Shown: positions 38,622-49,473, counted from the stretch's first letter. The stretch is DNA of 56,251 bases from an uncultured Deferribacteres bacterium (GCA_964014485.1 CAXHAT010000021.1:1-56251); one strand, 5' to 3'. Translations and numbers: made by a program. The notes: generated from the letters alone by a model not told the origin.

Positions 38622-38804
38622 GTGGCGTTACCTAAACGAAAAATTTCCCGAACCAGACGCGACAAACGCAGAACCCACTGGAAGCTCTCGGCCAAAGGCG
38701 TGGTTGAGTGCAAGAATTGTCACGAACCGAGATTGCCGCATCGCGCCTGCCCGAATTGCGGTTTCTATAAGAATCGCGAGGTCGTCGCCGTTAAAGAAGC
38801 TTAA
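38622..38804 (+). CDS. rpmF: 50S ribosomal protein L32 (Zn-ribbon type)
   Basis: MALPKRKISRTRRDKRRTHW...C..C...PHRAC..CG.Y. Confidence 0.97.
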   Translation: MALPKRKISRTRRDKRRTHWKLSAKGVVECKNCHEPRLPHRACPNCGFYKNREVVAVKEA

Positions 38805-38959
38805 AAAGCAATAAACAATTCGTTAGCGGTCGCAAGGGACGCAGATAATTTTTGGAATATTCTATTCCCGCCGCATTCATTTAGCTGACCCGCCTATCTA
38901 AAACTCTCCTACTTCATCATGTTGCCGCCAACAGTCATTTCGTCAGGAGAAACGCTTCA

Positions 38960-39982
38960 ATGAAAATCGCTGTAGATGCGATGGGCGGAGATCATGCGCC
39001 TTCAGTTGTTGTTGAAGGCGGCTTGCTTGCTGCGCGTAAATCCGCCGGTGCGTTTGAAATTGTGTTTGTCGGCGATCAGGCTCTCATTGAAGCCGAAATT
39101 TTGCGGTTTCAGCGTTCTTTAGGTGAGTTGCCGATTTCCATTTGCCATGCGGCGGAAAAAATTGAAATGGAAGAGTCGCCGGCTACTGCGCTAAAAAATA
39201 AGCCGGACGCTTCTATCGTCGTATCACAGCGAATGCACAGTCATGGAGACGTACAAGCGGTGGTTAGCGTTGGCCATACCGGTGCTGCAATGGCTTCAGC
39301 ATTACTGATTTTAGGTCGCTTGCCGGGAATACACAGACCGGCGGTTGGGTCATTCCTGCCTTCCAGGAAAGGAACGACTTTCATCTTAGACGTCGGCGCA
39401 GTCGTTGACGCCAGGCCGCGCAACCTTTTACAATTTGCTGTAATGGGTTCGATTTTTTTGGAAAGAGTCGTGGGCGTGGAGTCGCCGAGAGTCGGATTGT
39501 TGAGTGTCGGATCGGAAAAGTCAAAAGGTAATGAAGCAACGCTCAGCGCCTACTCGCTTCTTGAATGCGCAAATCTCAACTTTGTCGGAAATATTGAAGG
39601 CGGCGATATTCTTGAGGACACTGTTGACGTGGTGGTTTGCGACGGATTTGTCGGCAACGTCGTTCTTAAATTTGCTGAAGGCGTAGGCGGAATTTATAAT
39701 ATGTACATGAAGCGCTATATTGGGAAAAAGATAGTTTCCAATATTGGGGCTTTTCTTTTGGAGCCGACATTTAAAGGCCTCAAAAAGATTTGGAGTTATG
39801 AAGAATACGGCGGCGCTCCATTGCTAGGCGTCAACGGCGTTGTCGTGGTCGGGCATGGCCGTTCAACTCCGCGCGCAGTCATGAATGCCATTCAGGAAGC
39901 GGCGCAAATGGTTGAGCAGCGAATTAACGACAAAATTAAAACCGACATGGAAGCTTTGCAGGGAGAAGAAAGTGGTAGATAA
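38960..39982 (+). CDS. plsX: Phosphate acyltransferase PlsX
   Basis: IAVDAMGGDHAP, NFVGNIEG, VVVCDGFVGN, YGGAPLLGVNG. Confidence 0.97.
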   Translation: MKIAVDAMGGDHAPSVVVEGGLLAARKSAGAFEIVFVGDQALIEAEILRFQRSLGELPISICHAAEKIEMEESPATALKNKPDASIVVSQRMHSHGDVQAVVSVGHTGAAMASALLILGRLPGIHRPAVGSFLPSRKGTTFILDVGAVVDARPRNLLQFAVMGSIFLERVVGVESPRVGLLSVGSEKSKGNEATLSAYSLLECANLNFVGNIEGGDILEDTVDVVVCDGFVGNVVLKFAEGVGGIYNMYMKRYIGKKIVSNIGAFLLEPTFKGLKKIWSYEEYGGAPLLGVNGVVVVGHGRSTPRAVMNAIQEAAQMVEQRINDKIKTDMEALQGEESGR

Positions 39983-40964
39983 ACAACCGTTTTCTATGAT
40001 TCACGGGATCGGGAAATCCGTCCCTGAACGCATTCTCACGAATCACGATCTTGAAAAAATGGTGGAGACCTCGGACGAATGGATTCGTTCAAGAACCGGG
40101 ATCGAAAGACGCCATATCGCCGACAAAAGCATCCGCACGTCAGATTTATGTTCCGAAGCAGCCAGAGGCGCTTTGAAGGAAGCCGGGATTGACGCCAAAG
40201 ATTTGGATATGATTTTGGTTGGCACGGTTTCTGGCGACGCCACTTTTCCATCCACCGCTTGCTACGTCCAGCAGAAAATAGGCGCGGAAAATGCGTCAGC
40301 CATGGATTTACAAGCGGCGTGTTCCGGTTTTGTCTACGCACTTTCCGTTGCGGACGGATTTATTGCGACAAAAAAAGCCAAATATGTTTTGGTCATTGGC
40401 GCTGAAATTCTAACGCGTCTGACCAATTGGGAGGATAGAACGACGTGCGTCTTGTTTGGAGACGGCGCAGGCGCGGCTGTTGTTGGCCCGGCTGACGACA
40501 GTGGTCGAGGAATAATTGATACTTATTTAAAAAGCGACGGTCGCCTAACAGAATTGCTCTGCATGCTTGGCGGCGGAACGACGGTGCCGTTTCAGGAAGC
40601 CGTTGACGAAGGCTTGATGCACATTCGAATGAACGGGCCGGAAGTGTTTAAAGCGGCTGTGACCGCTATGGGCGACGCGGCGCAACATATTCTCGAAAAG
40701 AATGATGTTTCACCCGATGAAATCAAGTTGTTAATACCTCATCAGGCGAATGTGCGGATCATAAGAGCGACGGCGAGACGGTTGAAGTTACCGGAAGAGA
40801 AGGTTTACACTAACGTCCACGAATACGGCAACACTTCAGCTGCGTCGATTCCGATTGCGTTAAATGAAGCGCAAAATGAAGGGCGGCTCGAAAAAGGCGA
40901 TCTTATAATGCTAGTGGCGTTTGGCGGCGGATTTACTTGGGGTTCCGCTTTAATGCGATTCTAA
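39972..40964 (+). CDS. fabH: 3-oxoacyl-ACP synthase III
   Basis: GTG 39972 after GGAGA; AACSGF, LFGDGAGA, PHQAN, GNTSAAS, FGGGFTWG. Confidence 0.96.
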   Translation: MVDKQPFSMIHGIGKSVPERILTNHDLEKMVETSDEWIRSRTGIERRHIADKSIRTSDLCSEAARGALKEAGIDAKDLDMILVGTVSGDATFPSTACYVQQKIGAENASAMDLQAACSGFVYALSVADGFIATKKAKYVLVIGAEILTRLTNWEDRTTCVLFGDGAGAAVVGPADDSGRGIIDTYLKSDGRLTELLCMLGGGTTVPFQEAVDEGLMHIRMNGPEVFKAAVTAMGDAAQHILEKNDVSPDEIKLLIPHQANVRIIRATARRLKLPEEKVYTNVHEYGNTSAASIPIALNEAQNEGRLEKGDLIMLVAFGGGFTWGSALMRF

Positions 40965-40991
40965 GAAGTTAGCTTGATTGATTGAGTTGTT

Positions 40992-41906
40992 ATGAAAGGT
41001 TTTATTTTTCCTGGACAAGGCGCCCAGCATGTTGGCATGACGAAAGATTTGTACGAATCCTTTTCCTCGGCTAAACAAAAGTTTGAAACGGCCAATGATA
41101 TTTTAGAATACGATTTGGCGGCGTTTTGCTTTGAAGGTCCAGAAGACAAACTGAAGCAAACGTACATAACCCAGCCTGCAATATTTGTCCACAGTTGTAT
41201 CGTAGCGGAATTGCTTGCTGAGCGCGGCTTAGAACCTGATGTCGTGGCTGGACACAGTTTGGGAGAATATTCTGCAATTGTGGCTGCCAAAGCGTTAGAT
41301 TTCGAATCTGCGTTGCGATTAGTGAAAATTAGATCGCAGGCAATGCAAGACGCCGGTGAAAAAGAACCGGGAACGATGGCCGCTCTGCTCGGCTTGTCTA
41401 CCGAGGCGGTAACCGAAGTTTGTGAAAAGGCCGCAAGCGCTGGCGTTGTCACCGCAGCGAATTTTAATGCACCCGGACAAGTGGTGATTTCTGGTGAAGA
41501 GAAAGGAATAGCGGCGGCTATTGAGTTGGCAAAGGAAGCAGGCGCTCGAAAAGCGGTGCAGCTCGTCGTTGGCGGCGCTTTTCACTCTCCGCTTATGAAA
41601 GGCGCTCAAGAAAAATTGCACCAAGCACTCGAAGAAGCGGATTTCAATGATGCAAGAGTGCCTGTTTTTCAGAATTCTACTGCAACGGCAGTGACGGACA
41701 GCGGAGAGCTCAAAGCCAATTTGGACGCGCAGCTAACCAGTCCGGTCCGCTGGGTCGAGTGTATCGAAGGCATGGTTGAACGCGGCGTTGAGCAATTTTG
41801 GGAACCCGGTCCCGGGAAAGTTTTGAGCGGACTTTTGCGGCGGATAAACCGTAGCATGCAATCAACGAACATAGGAACGGCGGACGATTTGGCGAAGATC
41901 GGCTAA
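40992..41906 (+). CDS. fabD: Malonyl-CoA:ACP transacylase
   Basis: FPGQGAQ, GHSLGEY, AFHSPLM, GPGKVL. Confidence 0.97.
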   Translation: MKGFIFPGQGAQHVGMTKDLYESFSSAKQKFETANDILEYDLAAFCFEGPEDKLKQTYITQPAIFVHSCIVAELLAERGLEPDVVAGHSLGEYSAIVAAKALDFESALRLVKIRSQAMQDAGEKEPGTMAALLGLSTEAVTEVCEKAASAGVVTAANFNAPGQVVISGEEKGIAAAIELAKEAGARKAVQLVVGGAFHSPLMKGAQEKLHQALEEADFNDARVPVFQNSTATAVTDSGELKANLDAQLTSPVRWVECIEGMVERGVEQFWEPGPGKVLSGLLRRINRSMQSTNIGTADDLAKIG

Positions 41907-41933
41907 CATTTCGAGAAAAAGGAAAAGCGCCTA

Positions 41934-42680
41934 ATGGCAAGATTGGAAGGAAAAATTGCAGTTGTTACTGGTGCATCGCGAGGTATCGGAAGAGCGATAG
42001 CGCACAAGCTTGCGGCAGAGAAAGCAACCGTTGTTTGTACAGCCACAACGGAAAAAGGCGCTAAGGCGACCGTTGATGAGATTGTCAATGCTGGAATGAA
42101 AGCGGAGGCCGTTTCGCTAGATATTTCCGACGCCAATCAGATACAGACGCTTGTTGCAGAAACCGTAAAGAATCACGGACAAATTGACGTCTGGATTAAT
42201 AATGCGGGAATTACTCGAGACAATTTGCTGGTGAGAATGTCTGAAGATGACTGGCAAACGGTCATAAATGTCAACCTGACCGGCGTATATCAATGTATGA
42301 AGGCTGTCGCACGGCCCATGATGCGAAAGAGAACAGGAAAAATAATCAATATTTCCTCAGTTGTCGGGCAGGTTGGGAATCCCGGACAAGCCAATTATAG
42401 CGCCGCAAAGGCGGGCGTTATTGCAATGAGCAAATCAATTGCGAAAGAACTTTCGGCTAGAAATATCCAGGTAAATTGTATTGCGCCTGGTTATATCCAA
42501 ACCGACATGACGGGCGAGCTTCCCGACACAGTAAAGGAGCAAATTCTTAGCACTATCCCGATGGGAAGAATGGGCGCCCCGGAAGACGTCGCGCACCTTG
42601 CGGCGTTTCTTGCAAGCTCGGAATCTGATTATATCACCGGTCAGGTCTTCAATGTTGACGGTGGAATGGTTATGCAGTAA
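41934..42680 (+). CDS. fabG: 3-oxoacyl-ACP reductase
   Basis: TGASRGIG, NNAGITRD, NYSAAKAG, VDGGM. Confidence 0.97.
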   Translation: MARLEGKIAVVTGASRGIGRAIAHKLAAEKATVVCTATTEKGAKATVDEIVNAGMKAEAVSLDISDANQIQTLVAETVKNHGQIDVWINNAGITRDNLLVRMSEDDWQTVINVNLTGVYQCMKAVARPMMRKRTGKIINISSVVGQVGNPGQANYSAAKAGVIAMSKSIAKELSARNIQVNCIAPGYIQTDMTGELPDTVKEQILSTIPMGRMGAPEDVAHLAAFLASSESDYITGQVFNVDGGMVMQ

Positions 42681-42736
42681 CACATTTTGGTTCGAAAAAA
42701 ATCATTAAAAACGATCTTTAGAGGAGGTAGATTCAA

Positions 42737-42970
42737 ATGGAAATCGCTGAAAAGGTTAAGCAAATTATTGTTGAACAACTAGGCGTTGACGCGAAAGAAG
42801 TTGCTCCGGAAGCGTCTTTTATCGATGATCTTGGCGCTGATTCGCTTGATACAGTCGAGCTGGTTATGGCGTTTGAAGAAGAGTTCGACATCGAAATTCC
42901 CGATGAAGACGCCGAGCAAATGGCGACTGTCGGCAACGCGATCGACTATCTAAAAGAAAAAAAATCTTAA
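42737..42970 (+). CDS. acpP: Acyl carrier protein
   Basis: [30 protein letters not shown]. Confidence 0.98.
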   Translation: MEIAEKVKQIIVEQLGVDAKEVAPEASFIDDLGADSLDTVELVMAFEEEFDIEIPDEDAEQMATVGNAIDYLKEKKS

Positions 42971-42984
42971 GCTAAGTTTTATCG

Positions 42985-43015
42985 GCGCCTCGTATTTTCG
43001 AGGCGCTATTTTTTT
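42985..43015 (+). terminator. Hairpin/terminator after acpP
   Basis: GCGCCTCG-TATTTT-CGAGGCGC then a T-run. Confidence 0.65.
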
Positions 43016-43035
43016 ATAGAAAACCGGTAGCTACT

Positions 43036-44274
43036 GTGGAAAGAGCGGTTATTACTGGCATGGGCGCTGTTACGGCGCTCGGCCTAAACGTTACTGAATT
43101 GTGGGCGAAATTGTTAAAAGGCGTGAGCGGTATCGCACCGATCACTCATTTTGACACAACGGGTTACAAAACCACGATTGCAGGCGAATTAAAAAACTTT
43201 GATCCCCAAAATTATTTAGACGCGAAAGAAGCAAGAAAAACTGACAGATTTACCCAAATGGCTATGGCCGCTTCGGCGGAAGCCTACGATGACGCCAGTC
43301 TTGAAAACACGAACTACGATCCCAATCGCATCGGCGTGATTGTGAGTTCCGGTATTGGCGGGATGGAAACTTTTGAGAATGAGGCGATAAAACTTGCCCA
43401 AAGAGGCCCAGGCCGAGTCAGTCCGTTTTTCATTCCCATGATGATTCCGGATATCGCAGCGGGGAAAATTTCGATGCGATATAATTTTCGCGGGCCGAAC
43501 TATGCGATTACTTCCGCTTGCGCATCAAGCGCGAATGCAATCGCAGACGCACTCATGATGATACAGCTTGGGCATGCCGATATTATTGTGGCTGGCGGAA
43601 CCGAAGCTGGGATCACGCCCCTCGGGGTTGCCGGCTTCAGCGCACTTCGAGCGCTTTCGACGCACAATCAACACCCGGAAAAAGCCAGCCGTCCCTTTGA
43701 CGCTGAACGAGACGGATTTGTTATGGGTGAAGGTGCTGGCGTTGTTATTCTTGAAAGCCTTTCTCACGCGCTTGCGCGGGACGCGAAGATTTATGCTGAA
43801 GTCGCTGGCTTTGGCCTTTCCGCTGATGCCCACCACCTAACCGCGCCTTCGCCAGACGGAGACGGCGCAATTAGAGCAATGCAAGGCGCGCTCAGTACCG
43901 CCAAATTGAGCATTGACCAAATTCAATACATCAATGCACACGGCACTTCCACTCCAGCAAATGACAAAACCGAGACTCTAGCGATTAGCGAAGTTTTCAA
44001 AGATCATGCGCATGATGTGAATATCAGCTCGACAAAATCAATGATTGGGCATTTGTTGGGCGCAAGCGGCGCTGTTGAAGCAATAGTTTCTGCCCTAACT
44101 ATTCGTGACGGTAAAATTCATCCGACTATAAATCAGGAAAACGCAGACCCGGATTGCGGCTTGAACTATACGCCTAACGAATCAGTGACCAGGAATGTTG
44201 ATGCGGCACTTTCCAATTCCTTTGGATTCGGCGGACATAACGTTTGTCTGGCTTTTAAAAAATTCATTAACTGA
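43036..44274 (+). CDS. fabF: 3-oxoacyl-ACP synthase II
   Basis: SACAS, RDGFVMGEG, INAHGTST, KSMIGHLLGA, NSFGFGG. Confidence 0.97.
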   Translation: MERAVITGMGAVTALGLNVTELWAKLLKGVSGIAPITHFDTTGYKTTIAGELKNFDPQNYLDAKEARKTDRFTQMAMAASAEAYDDASLENTNYDPNRIGVIVSSGIGGMETFENEAIKLAQRGPGRVSPFFIPMMIPDIAAGKISMRYNFRGPNYAITSACASSANAIADALMMIQLGHADIIVAGGTEAGITPLGVAGFSALRALSTHNQHPEKASRPFDAERDGFVMGEGAGVVILESLSHALARDAKIYAEVAGFGLSADAHHLTAPSPDGDGAIRAMQGALSTAKLSIDQIQYINAHGTSTPANDKTETLAISEVFKDHAHDVNISSTKSMIGHLLGASGAVEAIVSALTIRDGKIHPTINQENADPDCGLNYTPNESVTRNVDAALSNSFGFGGHNVCLAFKKFIN

Positions 44275-44318
44275 GTCTAAAACAATCCCTTTTGGGGAGA
44301 TACAGATTCTTGTTCGTT

Positions 44319-45116
44319 ATGCTTCGATGGATAAAGCGATTCTTTAGCAAAAACAAGGACGATCAAGCTCAGAAGCCGCGAAAGCGATCTATCGAGATCG
44401 ATTATAGCGCACTGTTTAGCACCTTAAACTATGAATTTTCAAATCTCACCTTAGTTGAGCAAGCGCTTAAGCACCGCTCCATACTTCCAATAATTGGGGA
44501 AAAACGCGTTGATTCCAACGAGCGATTAGAACTCTTGGGCGATGCAGTTCTTGGGTTGGCGGTTACGCAATTCCTTTTCGAAAACTATATCGACAAAGAA
44601 GAAGGCGAGTTGACCGCCATGAAATCATTGCTGGTGAGCAGGAAGATTCTGGCACGCGTCGGCAATGATCTTGGATTGGGAAACCATATCCTCCTGAGCG
44701 AATCAGAAGTTAAGAGCGGTGGAAGAACGAGACAATCCATTGTCGCAGATGCGCTTGAAGCGGTTATTGGCGCCATTTATCTAGATGGCGGTCTGGAACC
44801 AGCGCGCACTTTCATTGTTACGAACATACTTGAGCTGCATAAACAAATTCTTAAGGAACAAATCTATAAGAATTTTAAGAGTATTCTTCTCGAATACTCG
44901 CAAAGCCGCAATTTTGGGGCGCCGTTCTACATCATCCGTTCTGAAGACGGCCCGGATCACAACAAACTGTTTACGGTCGAAGTAAAGATTAAGAATACGC
45001 CGGTTGGGGTTGGCGTCGGGAACAGCAAAAAGCGGGCGGAGCAGCGAGCGGCTCAAGACGCGCTCGAAAAGCTGAAACTGAGATCCGAGAACGGAGACGA
45101 CTTGCTCGACAAATAG
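44319..45116 (+). CDS. rnc: Ribonuclease III
   Basis: NERLELLGDAVL, ADALEAVIGAIYLD, dsRBD GPDH...G.G.SKK.AEQ.AA; start uncertain (44292 or 44319). Confidence 0.95.
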   Translation: MLRWIKRFFSKNKDDQAQKPRKRSIEIDYSALFSTLNYEFSNLTLVEQALKHRSILPIIGEKRVDSNERLELLGDAVLGLAVTQFLFENYIDKEEGELTAMKSLLVSRKILARVGNDLGLGNHILLSESEVKSGGRTRQSIVADALEAVIGAIYLDGGLEPARTFIVTNILELHKQILKEQIYKNFKSILLEYSQSRNFGAPFYIIRSEDGPDHNKLFTVEVKIKNTPVGVGVGNSKKRAEQRAAQDALEKLKLRSENGDDLLDK

Positions 45117-45122
45117 TTAATT

Positions 45123-45728
45123 GTGGGAAATCATTACTTCACGCCTGAGAAAGATTTCAAAACAGAAATCTGCATTAAGAACAGCAGATTCTTGGCCAAC
45201 CTGCTTCCCGCCGATTCATCCCAAATAGGCTTAGAAAAAATAAAACATTTACGTAGTCAGTACAAATCTGCATCGCATCACTGTTGGGCCGTTAGAATAG
45301 GAGCCGGGGACGCTTGTGTTTTTCGATATGACGATGATGGAGAGCCGGCGGGTACGGCGGGCAGGCCAATCTTGCAGGCATTGGAGACGAGAGATGTTAG
45401 CAATGCACTGCTTGTTGTTACGAGATACTTCGGCGGAACGAAGCTTGGTATTGGCGGTTTGATTCGCGCCTATAGCGCGGCGAGTTTCGCTGTACTCGAC
45501 TGTGCGGCGCTAACAAAAGTTCAACCCAAAACGCTGTTGGCATTAGAGTTTGAATACGCTTTTACAAAATCTGTGCAAAAATGTATCTCATTATTTGACG
45601 CCCAGATCACTAAAGAAAACTACAGCGATAGAGTTGAATTACACCTAACCGTTTTGCCAGAAGAACTTAAAGAGTTAAAGAGTTCCTTGACCGAACTGAC
45701 TCGAGGGAAAATCACGATACACGGCTGA
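45123..45728 (+). CDS. yigZ: YigZ/IMPACT family protein
   Basis: SRF, H.C.A, DDGEP.GTAG.P, RYFGG.KLG.GGL.RAY. Confidence 0.92.
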   Translation: MGNHYFTPEKDFKTEICIKNSRFLANLLPADSSQIGLEKIKHLRSQYKSASHHCWAVRIGAGDACVFRYDDDGEPAGTAGRPILQALETRDVSNALLVVTRYFGGTKLGIGGLIRAYSAASFAVLDCAALTKVQPKTLLALEFEYAFTKSVQKCISLFDAQITKENYSDRVELHLTVLPEELKELKSSLTELTRGKITIHG

Positions 45729-45788
45729 AAATTTTATAGAAAAAACTTGCGAAAAGCGCGAAATATAATATATTAGTCGATCCAATAT

Positions 45789-45862
<74 letters not shown>

Positions 45863-45890
45863 CTTGCGTAAACACTTGTTTTTACGACAC

Positions 45891-45918
45891 AAGGGAATCA
45901 GCTTTGATTCCCTTTTTT
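45891..45918 (+). terminator. Intrinsic terminator after tRNA-Met
   Basis: AAGGGAATCA-GCTT-TGATTCCCTT then TTTT. Confidence 0.8.
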
Positions 45919-46218
45919 ATTTTTCCCCGGGGACAAATGTGGACACGCATGGACAGATTTTAACGCTAAAATGACGCAAGTTTGATGCTTGCCAACCGCC
46001 ACAGATCATCTCTATGCTATATCGCGGTCTACTCAAAAAAATCGTTAAGAACTCTTTCCAGAAAACTAGACCAACCGACTGAACTTAACTTGCAAAACGG
46101 ATTTTATCGACCGTTTACAATCACAGCCGCCATCGAGTATTTCTCAACGAATGACGGCTATTGATTCTCCACAACGTGCTGCTTATGTGCGTTCACTACT
46201 ACACATGAGCTACTTAGA

Positions 46219-49200
46219 TCACTTCGTGAAAGTCATTTTCTTCATATCGCTGTAGTCGTCTGTCTGTATGACGTAGATGTAAACTCCGCTTGACAAGATC
46301 TGACCCGTAACATCGCGACCGTCCCAAACTACGCGATGCAAGCCTTCCGGTTTGATTGCGTCTATGAGTGTGCGGACTTCTTGCCCGAGCGTGTTGTAAA
46401 TCTTCAGTGTCACGTGCGCCTGTTTCTGTACAGAAAACGCAATCGTCGTTTCGGGGTTGAATGGGTTGGGATAGTTTTGAAAAAGGGTAAACTTTTTTGG
46501 TTGCAAGGCAGTGTCTTCGTCGAAAATATCTGTTACGATTTCTTCAGTTTTGTCTTGTTCTTTAAACGGAATCGCATTGCCCTCAGAGTCATTGGCAGCG
46601 ATGTCGGTAAGCATAATACTCGTCGAGTCACCGATAGCCGCATCGCCCGACATGTTCATATGCAAACGCACAATCATTCCAGAACCTGAAACGCCGGAGC
46701 CTGCGATTTTCGTCAACCCAACTTCGACCACGCCGTTATCATTGTCGATTTGGCTGAACTGCAGAAGATTACTCCCCAGGAAGGTGCCGCTGGTATCGAC
46801 CCCGGCGATGGTAACAGTTGCTGTTGGCGACAATGATAGCTTGAAAGAAATGCCATACAAGTCATGAACGCTGTCGGCATGCACTTCAACAATAAAATCT
46901 TCTCCTGGATTGGCATCGCCGATGAATTCAAAACGCAGACGTGACAGCGCAGCGTTTTGTATCGCACGTATCGTGGTGTGAGCGGTTTTCGGCAAAGAGG
47001 CGTTGTGGGTCTTGTTCCAATTCAAGCCGATGCAAAGCAAATCAGCAGCATTGACAACGCCGTCGCCGTTCGCATCAGCATAGGTCGCTGCTTCAGGCAT
47101 CCAACAGATAGTGTTGTATCCGATCCATTCACAGCCTTTCTTTTCACGTGCTGGGCCGGTTTTCCCATAAAACAAACCAATAGGCAGAATATCGCTGGCA
47201 GCGACTACGGCGTCATTATTCGTGTCGCCTGGCCAGACTGTGCAACCGCAGAAGAGCATCGAGTTGCTTTCAACCGAATTCAGTGTCTTCGGACTGCCGT
47301 CGGAGTCGTTGGCGGCGATGTTAGACAATCTCCAGGAAATTTCCATAGTGTCGTCAACTTCATCTACGGCCTTGAATTTGATCCAAACCAATGGTCCGTC
47401 ACCAGAAACGCCGCCTTGTCCTGATTTGCGGCTTACGCCAATGCTCACCTTGCCCGCACCGTTGTCCGGCGTCGGCAGAAAAATGAGATCGTCGCCGAGA
47501 AAGCTTTTCTCACCCGTCTCAGGATTCATGATCTGAGCAGCGATGAAATCAAGATATTGAGTTTCATAATCGATATCGAAGCTTGCGCCGAAAAGGTCAT
47601 GAACAGACTCGACCGCAACAGAAATCCAGAATTCCGTCCCACAAACAATATTTTCGGGCGCTTCAGCTGCGAGCGTTGACTGCGGCTCTTGTGTAGGATT
47701 GGTAAGATTACGGAAAAATTGTAAGCCACTGCCACCCAACCCTACAAACAAATCTTCATCACCGTCATTATCTATATCAGCGAATCTGGGGGCGGCCCGC
47801 CATCCAAAATCAGTTCCGGTAAAATTCTCATCTTCAAGCACGAAGCTAAAAACTTCCTGTGAACCAATATTCCTAAAAAAGTTGAGATTCGCATTGCCTT
47901 CGCCTATGAACAAATCCAGATCGCCGTCCATATCAACGTCCGAAAACGCGGGGGCGCTGTACGTGCCTACATCGATTGCGCCGCTTGTGGAAGGCAGGAA
48001 CTGTGTCACAAGAACAAAATTGGCTTGCTGTTTCGAGCCGATGTTGCGGTAAAAATTGATGTTACCGTTGTATTCGCCTATGAACAGATCTAAATCGCCG
48101 TCATTGTCAATGTCCGCAAAAGTCGGAGCGCTCATGCTGTCGATCTGAATAAACGCATAGTTCTTTGTGCCAAACTGGAAAGAATATTTTGAGGCTGTGC
48201 CGTCATTGCGGTAGAAATGCAAATCGCCGAACTTGTCACCGATAAAAAGATCCAAGTCCTTATCATCGTCTATATCTGCAAATATCGGGACGACGCGCTG
48301 GTTATAATTTCGGTCTCCAGGACGCGTAACATTGATACCCGCGAAACGTGACGATGTAAACAGAAAACTGGGGGAAGAAGCATCGCCAATGTTGCTATAA
48401 AGACGCATACCTGCAAGTCCGCCGATGCCCAGATAAAGATCAAGAAAGCTGTTCTGGTTCAAATCGGCAAATACAGGCGCCGAATGCCATAACCGATCAA
48501 GATAAACAAACTCATCAGTCACAAATGTGAAGCTAAAGGTAGACTGGTTGCCGATATTTTCATAAAAGTTTAACTGACCTTCCTGTTCTCCCCAGAACAA
48601 ATCCAAATCTCCGTCATCGTCGATGTCCGTAAGAGTAGGCGATACATTGCTTGCGGTTTTGGCGGGATCGATATCGGAAATTTCAAGCACAAAATTATGA
48701 TTCTCTGGCGTACCGATATTGCGATAAAAAAGAATGTCGGCGTCATGAAAATTCGAACCAATGCCGTTTCGTCCGATAAATAAATCCACATCGCCGTCAT
48801 CATCTATGTCTGCAAAAAACGGCGAACTCCTGAGTGTCTTGACGTCAATGGAATCGAAGAACGCGGTATCAAGCTCAAAATCAGGGATTTCGGACGTACC
48901 TTTATTGTGATAGAAACTGATCTTGGCGTCCGTTTTTCCGAGGAACAAGTCTATCAAACCGTCGCCGTCAATATCGGCAAAGGCGGGAGCGCTGTCGCCG
49001 GGTTCGGAAATGCCTTGATAGTTTTTTGACCTGAAAATGAAATTAAATTCGGTAGTTGTTCCGATGTTTTCATAAAAATAGAAATCGCCGCTGCTATTGC
49101 CGACAAAAAGATCGAAATCGCCGTCATTGTCAATATCCGCAACGGCAGGCGCAACACGGACGCCTAAGTTTCTGTCAGCAACATTATCCAATTTCAGGGT

Positions 49201-49473
49201 GAAGTTTGCTATTGCTGGTGAACCCGTATTTAGAAAGAATTTTATGTTGTTTTCATTAGCTCCAAGTAAAAGATCGTCATCGCCGTCGTCATCGATATCT
49301 ACAAAAACCGGTTTCGAATCTGAAACGCCGCCAGCAAACGGATCGCTCAGGGATCTGCCGTCAATACTCACGGGAATCGTATTGGTTTCGCGCTGGAATT
49401 TGATCTCTTGTCCGAAAACCATGCTTGTTGCACAGTAAAGGGAGAGAATCGAAAATCGAACATATTTAAACAT
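46219..49473 (-). CDS. Secreted protein: 10 FG-GAP/VCBS repeats, cohesin-like, dockerin-like, second cohesin-like, FlgD-Ig/T9SS-type C-terminal domain
   Basis: Ten D.D.DGD.DL-type repeats; DLFGASFDI.Y...GVSGDG.L..I.F; WPGDTNND.VV.A.D.L and ADANGDGVVNAADL; DLYGISF...GVSGSG; LFQNYPNPFNPETTI. Confidence 0.85.
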   Translation of the reverse strand: MFKYVRFSILSLYCATSMVFGQEIKFQRETNTIPVSIDGRSLSDPFAGGVSDSKPVFVDIDDDGDDDLLLGANENNIKFFLNTGSPAIANFTLKLDNVADRNLGVRVAPAVADIDNDGDFDLFVGNSSGDFYFYENIGTTTEFNFIFRSKNYQGISEPGDSAPAFADIDGDGLIDLFLGKTDAKISFYHNKGTSEIPDFELDTAFFDSIDVKTLRSSPFFADIDDDGDVDLFIGRNGIGSNFHDADILFYRNIGTPENHNFVLEISDIDPAKTASNVSPTLTDIDDDGDLDLFWGEQEGQLNFYENIGNQSTFSFTFVTDEFVYLDRLWHSAPVFADLNQNSFLDLYLGIGGLAGMRLYSNIGDASSPSFLFTSSRFAGINVTRPGDRNYNQRVVPIFADIDDDKDLDLFIGDKFGDLHFYRNDGTASKYSFQFGTKNYAFIQIDSMSAPTFADIDNDGDLDLFIGEYNGNINFYRNIGSKQQANFVLVTQFLPSTSGAIDVGTYSAPAFSDVDMDGDLDLFIGEGNANLNFFRNIGSQEVFSFVLEDENFTGTDFGWRAAPRFADIDNDGDEDLFVGLGGSGLQFFRNLTNPTQEPQSTLAAEAPENIVCGTEFWISVAVESVHDLFGASFDIDYETQYLDFIAAQIMNPETGEKSFLGDDLIFLPTPDNGAGKVSIGVSRKSGQGGVSGDGPLVWIKFKAVDEVDDTMEISWRLSNIAANDSDGSPKTLNSVESNSMLFCGCTVWPGDTNNDAVVAASDILPIGLFYGKTGPAREKKGCEWIGYNTICWMPEAATYADANGDGVVNAADLLCIGLNWNKTHNASLPKTAHTTIRAIQNAALSRLRFEFIGDANPGEDFIVEVHADSVHDLYGISFKLSLSPTATVTIAGVDTSGTFLGSNLLQFSQIDNDNGVVEVGLTKIAGSGVSGSGMIVRLHMNMSGDAAIGDSTSIMLTDIAANDSEGNAIPFKEQDKTEEIVTDIFDEDTALQPKKFTLFQNYPNPFNPETTIAFSVQKQAHVTLKIYNTLGQEVRTLIDAIKPEGLHRVVWDGRDVTGQILSSGVYIYVIQTDDYSDMKKMTFTK

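Noticed and set aside
45982..46164. Intact integrase or functional CDS after the tRNA
   Set aside because: Only 60 codons, no RBS and no catalytic motifs; at most a remnant.
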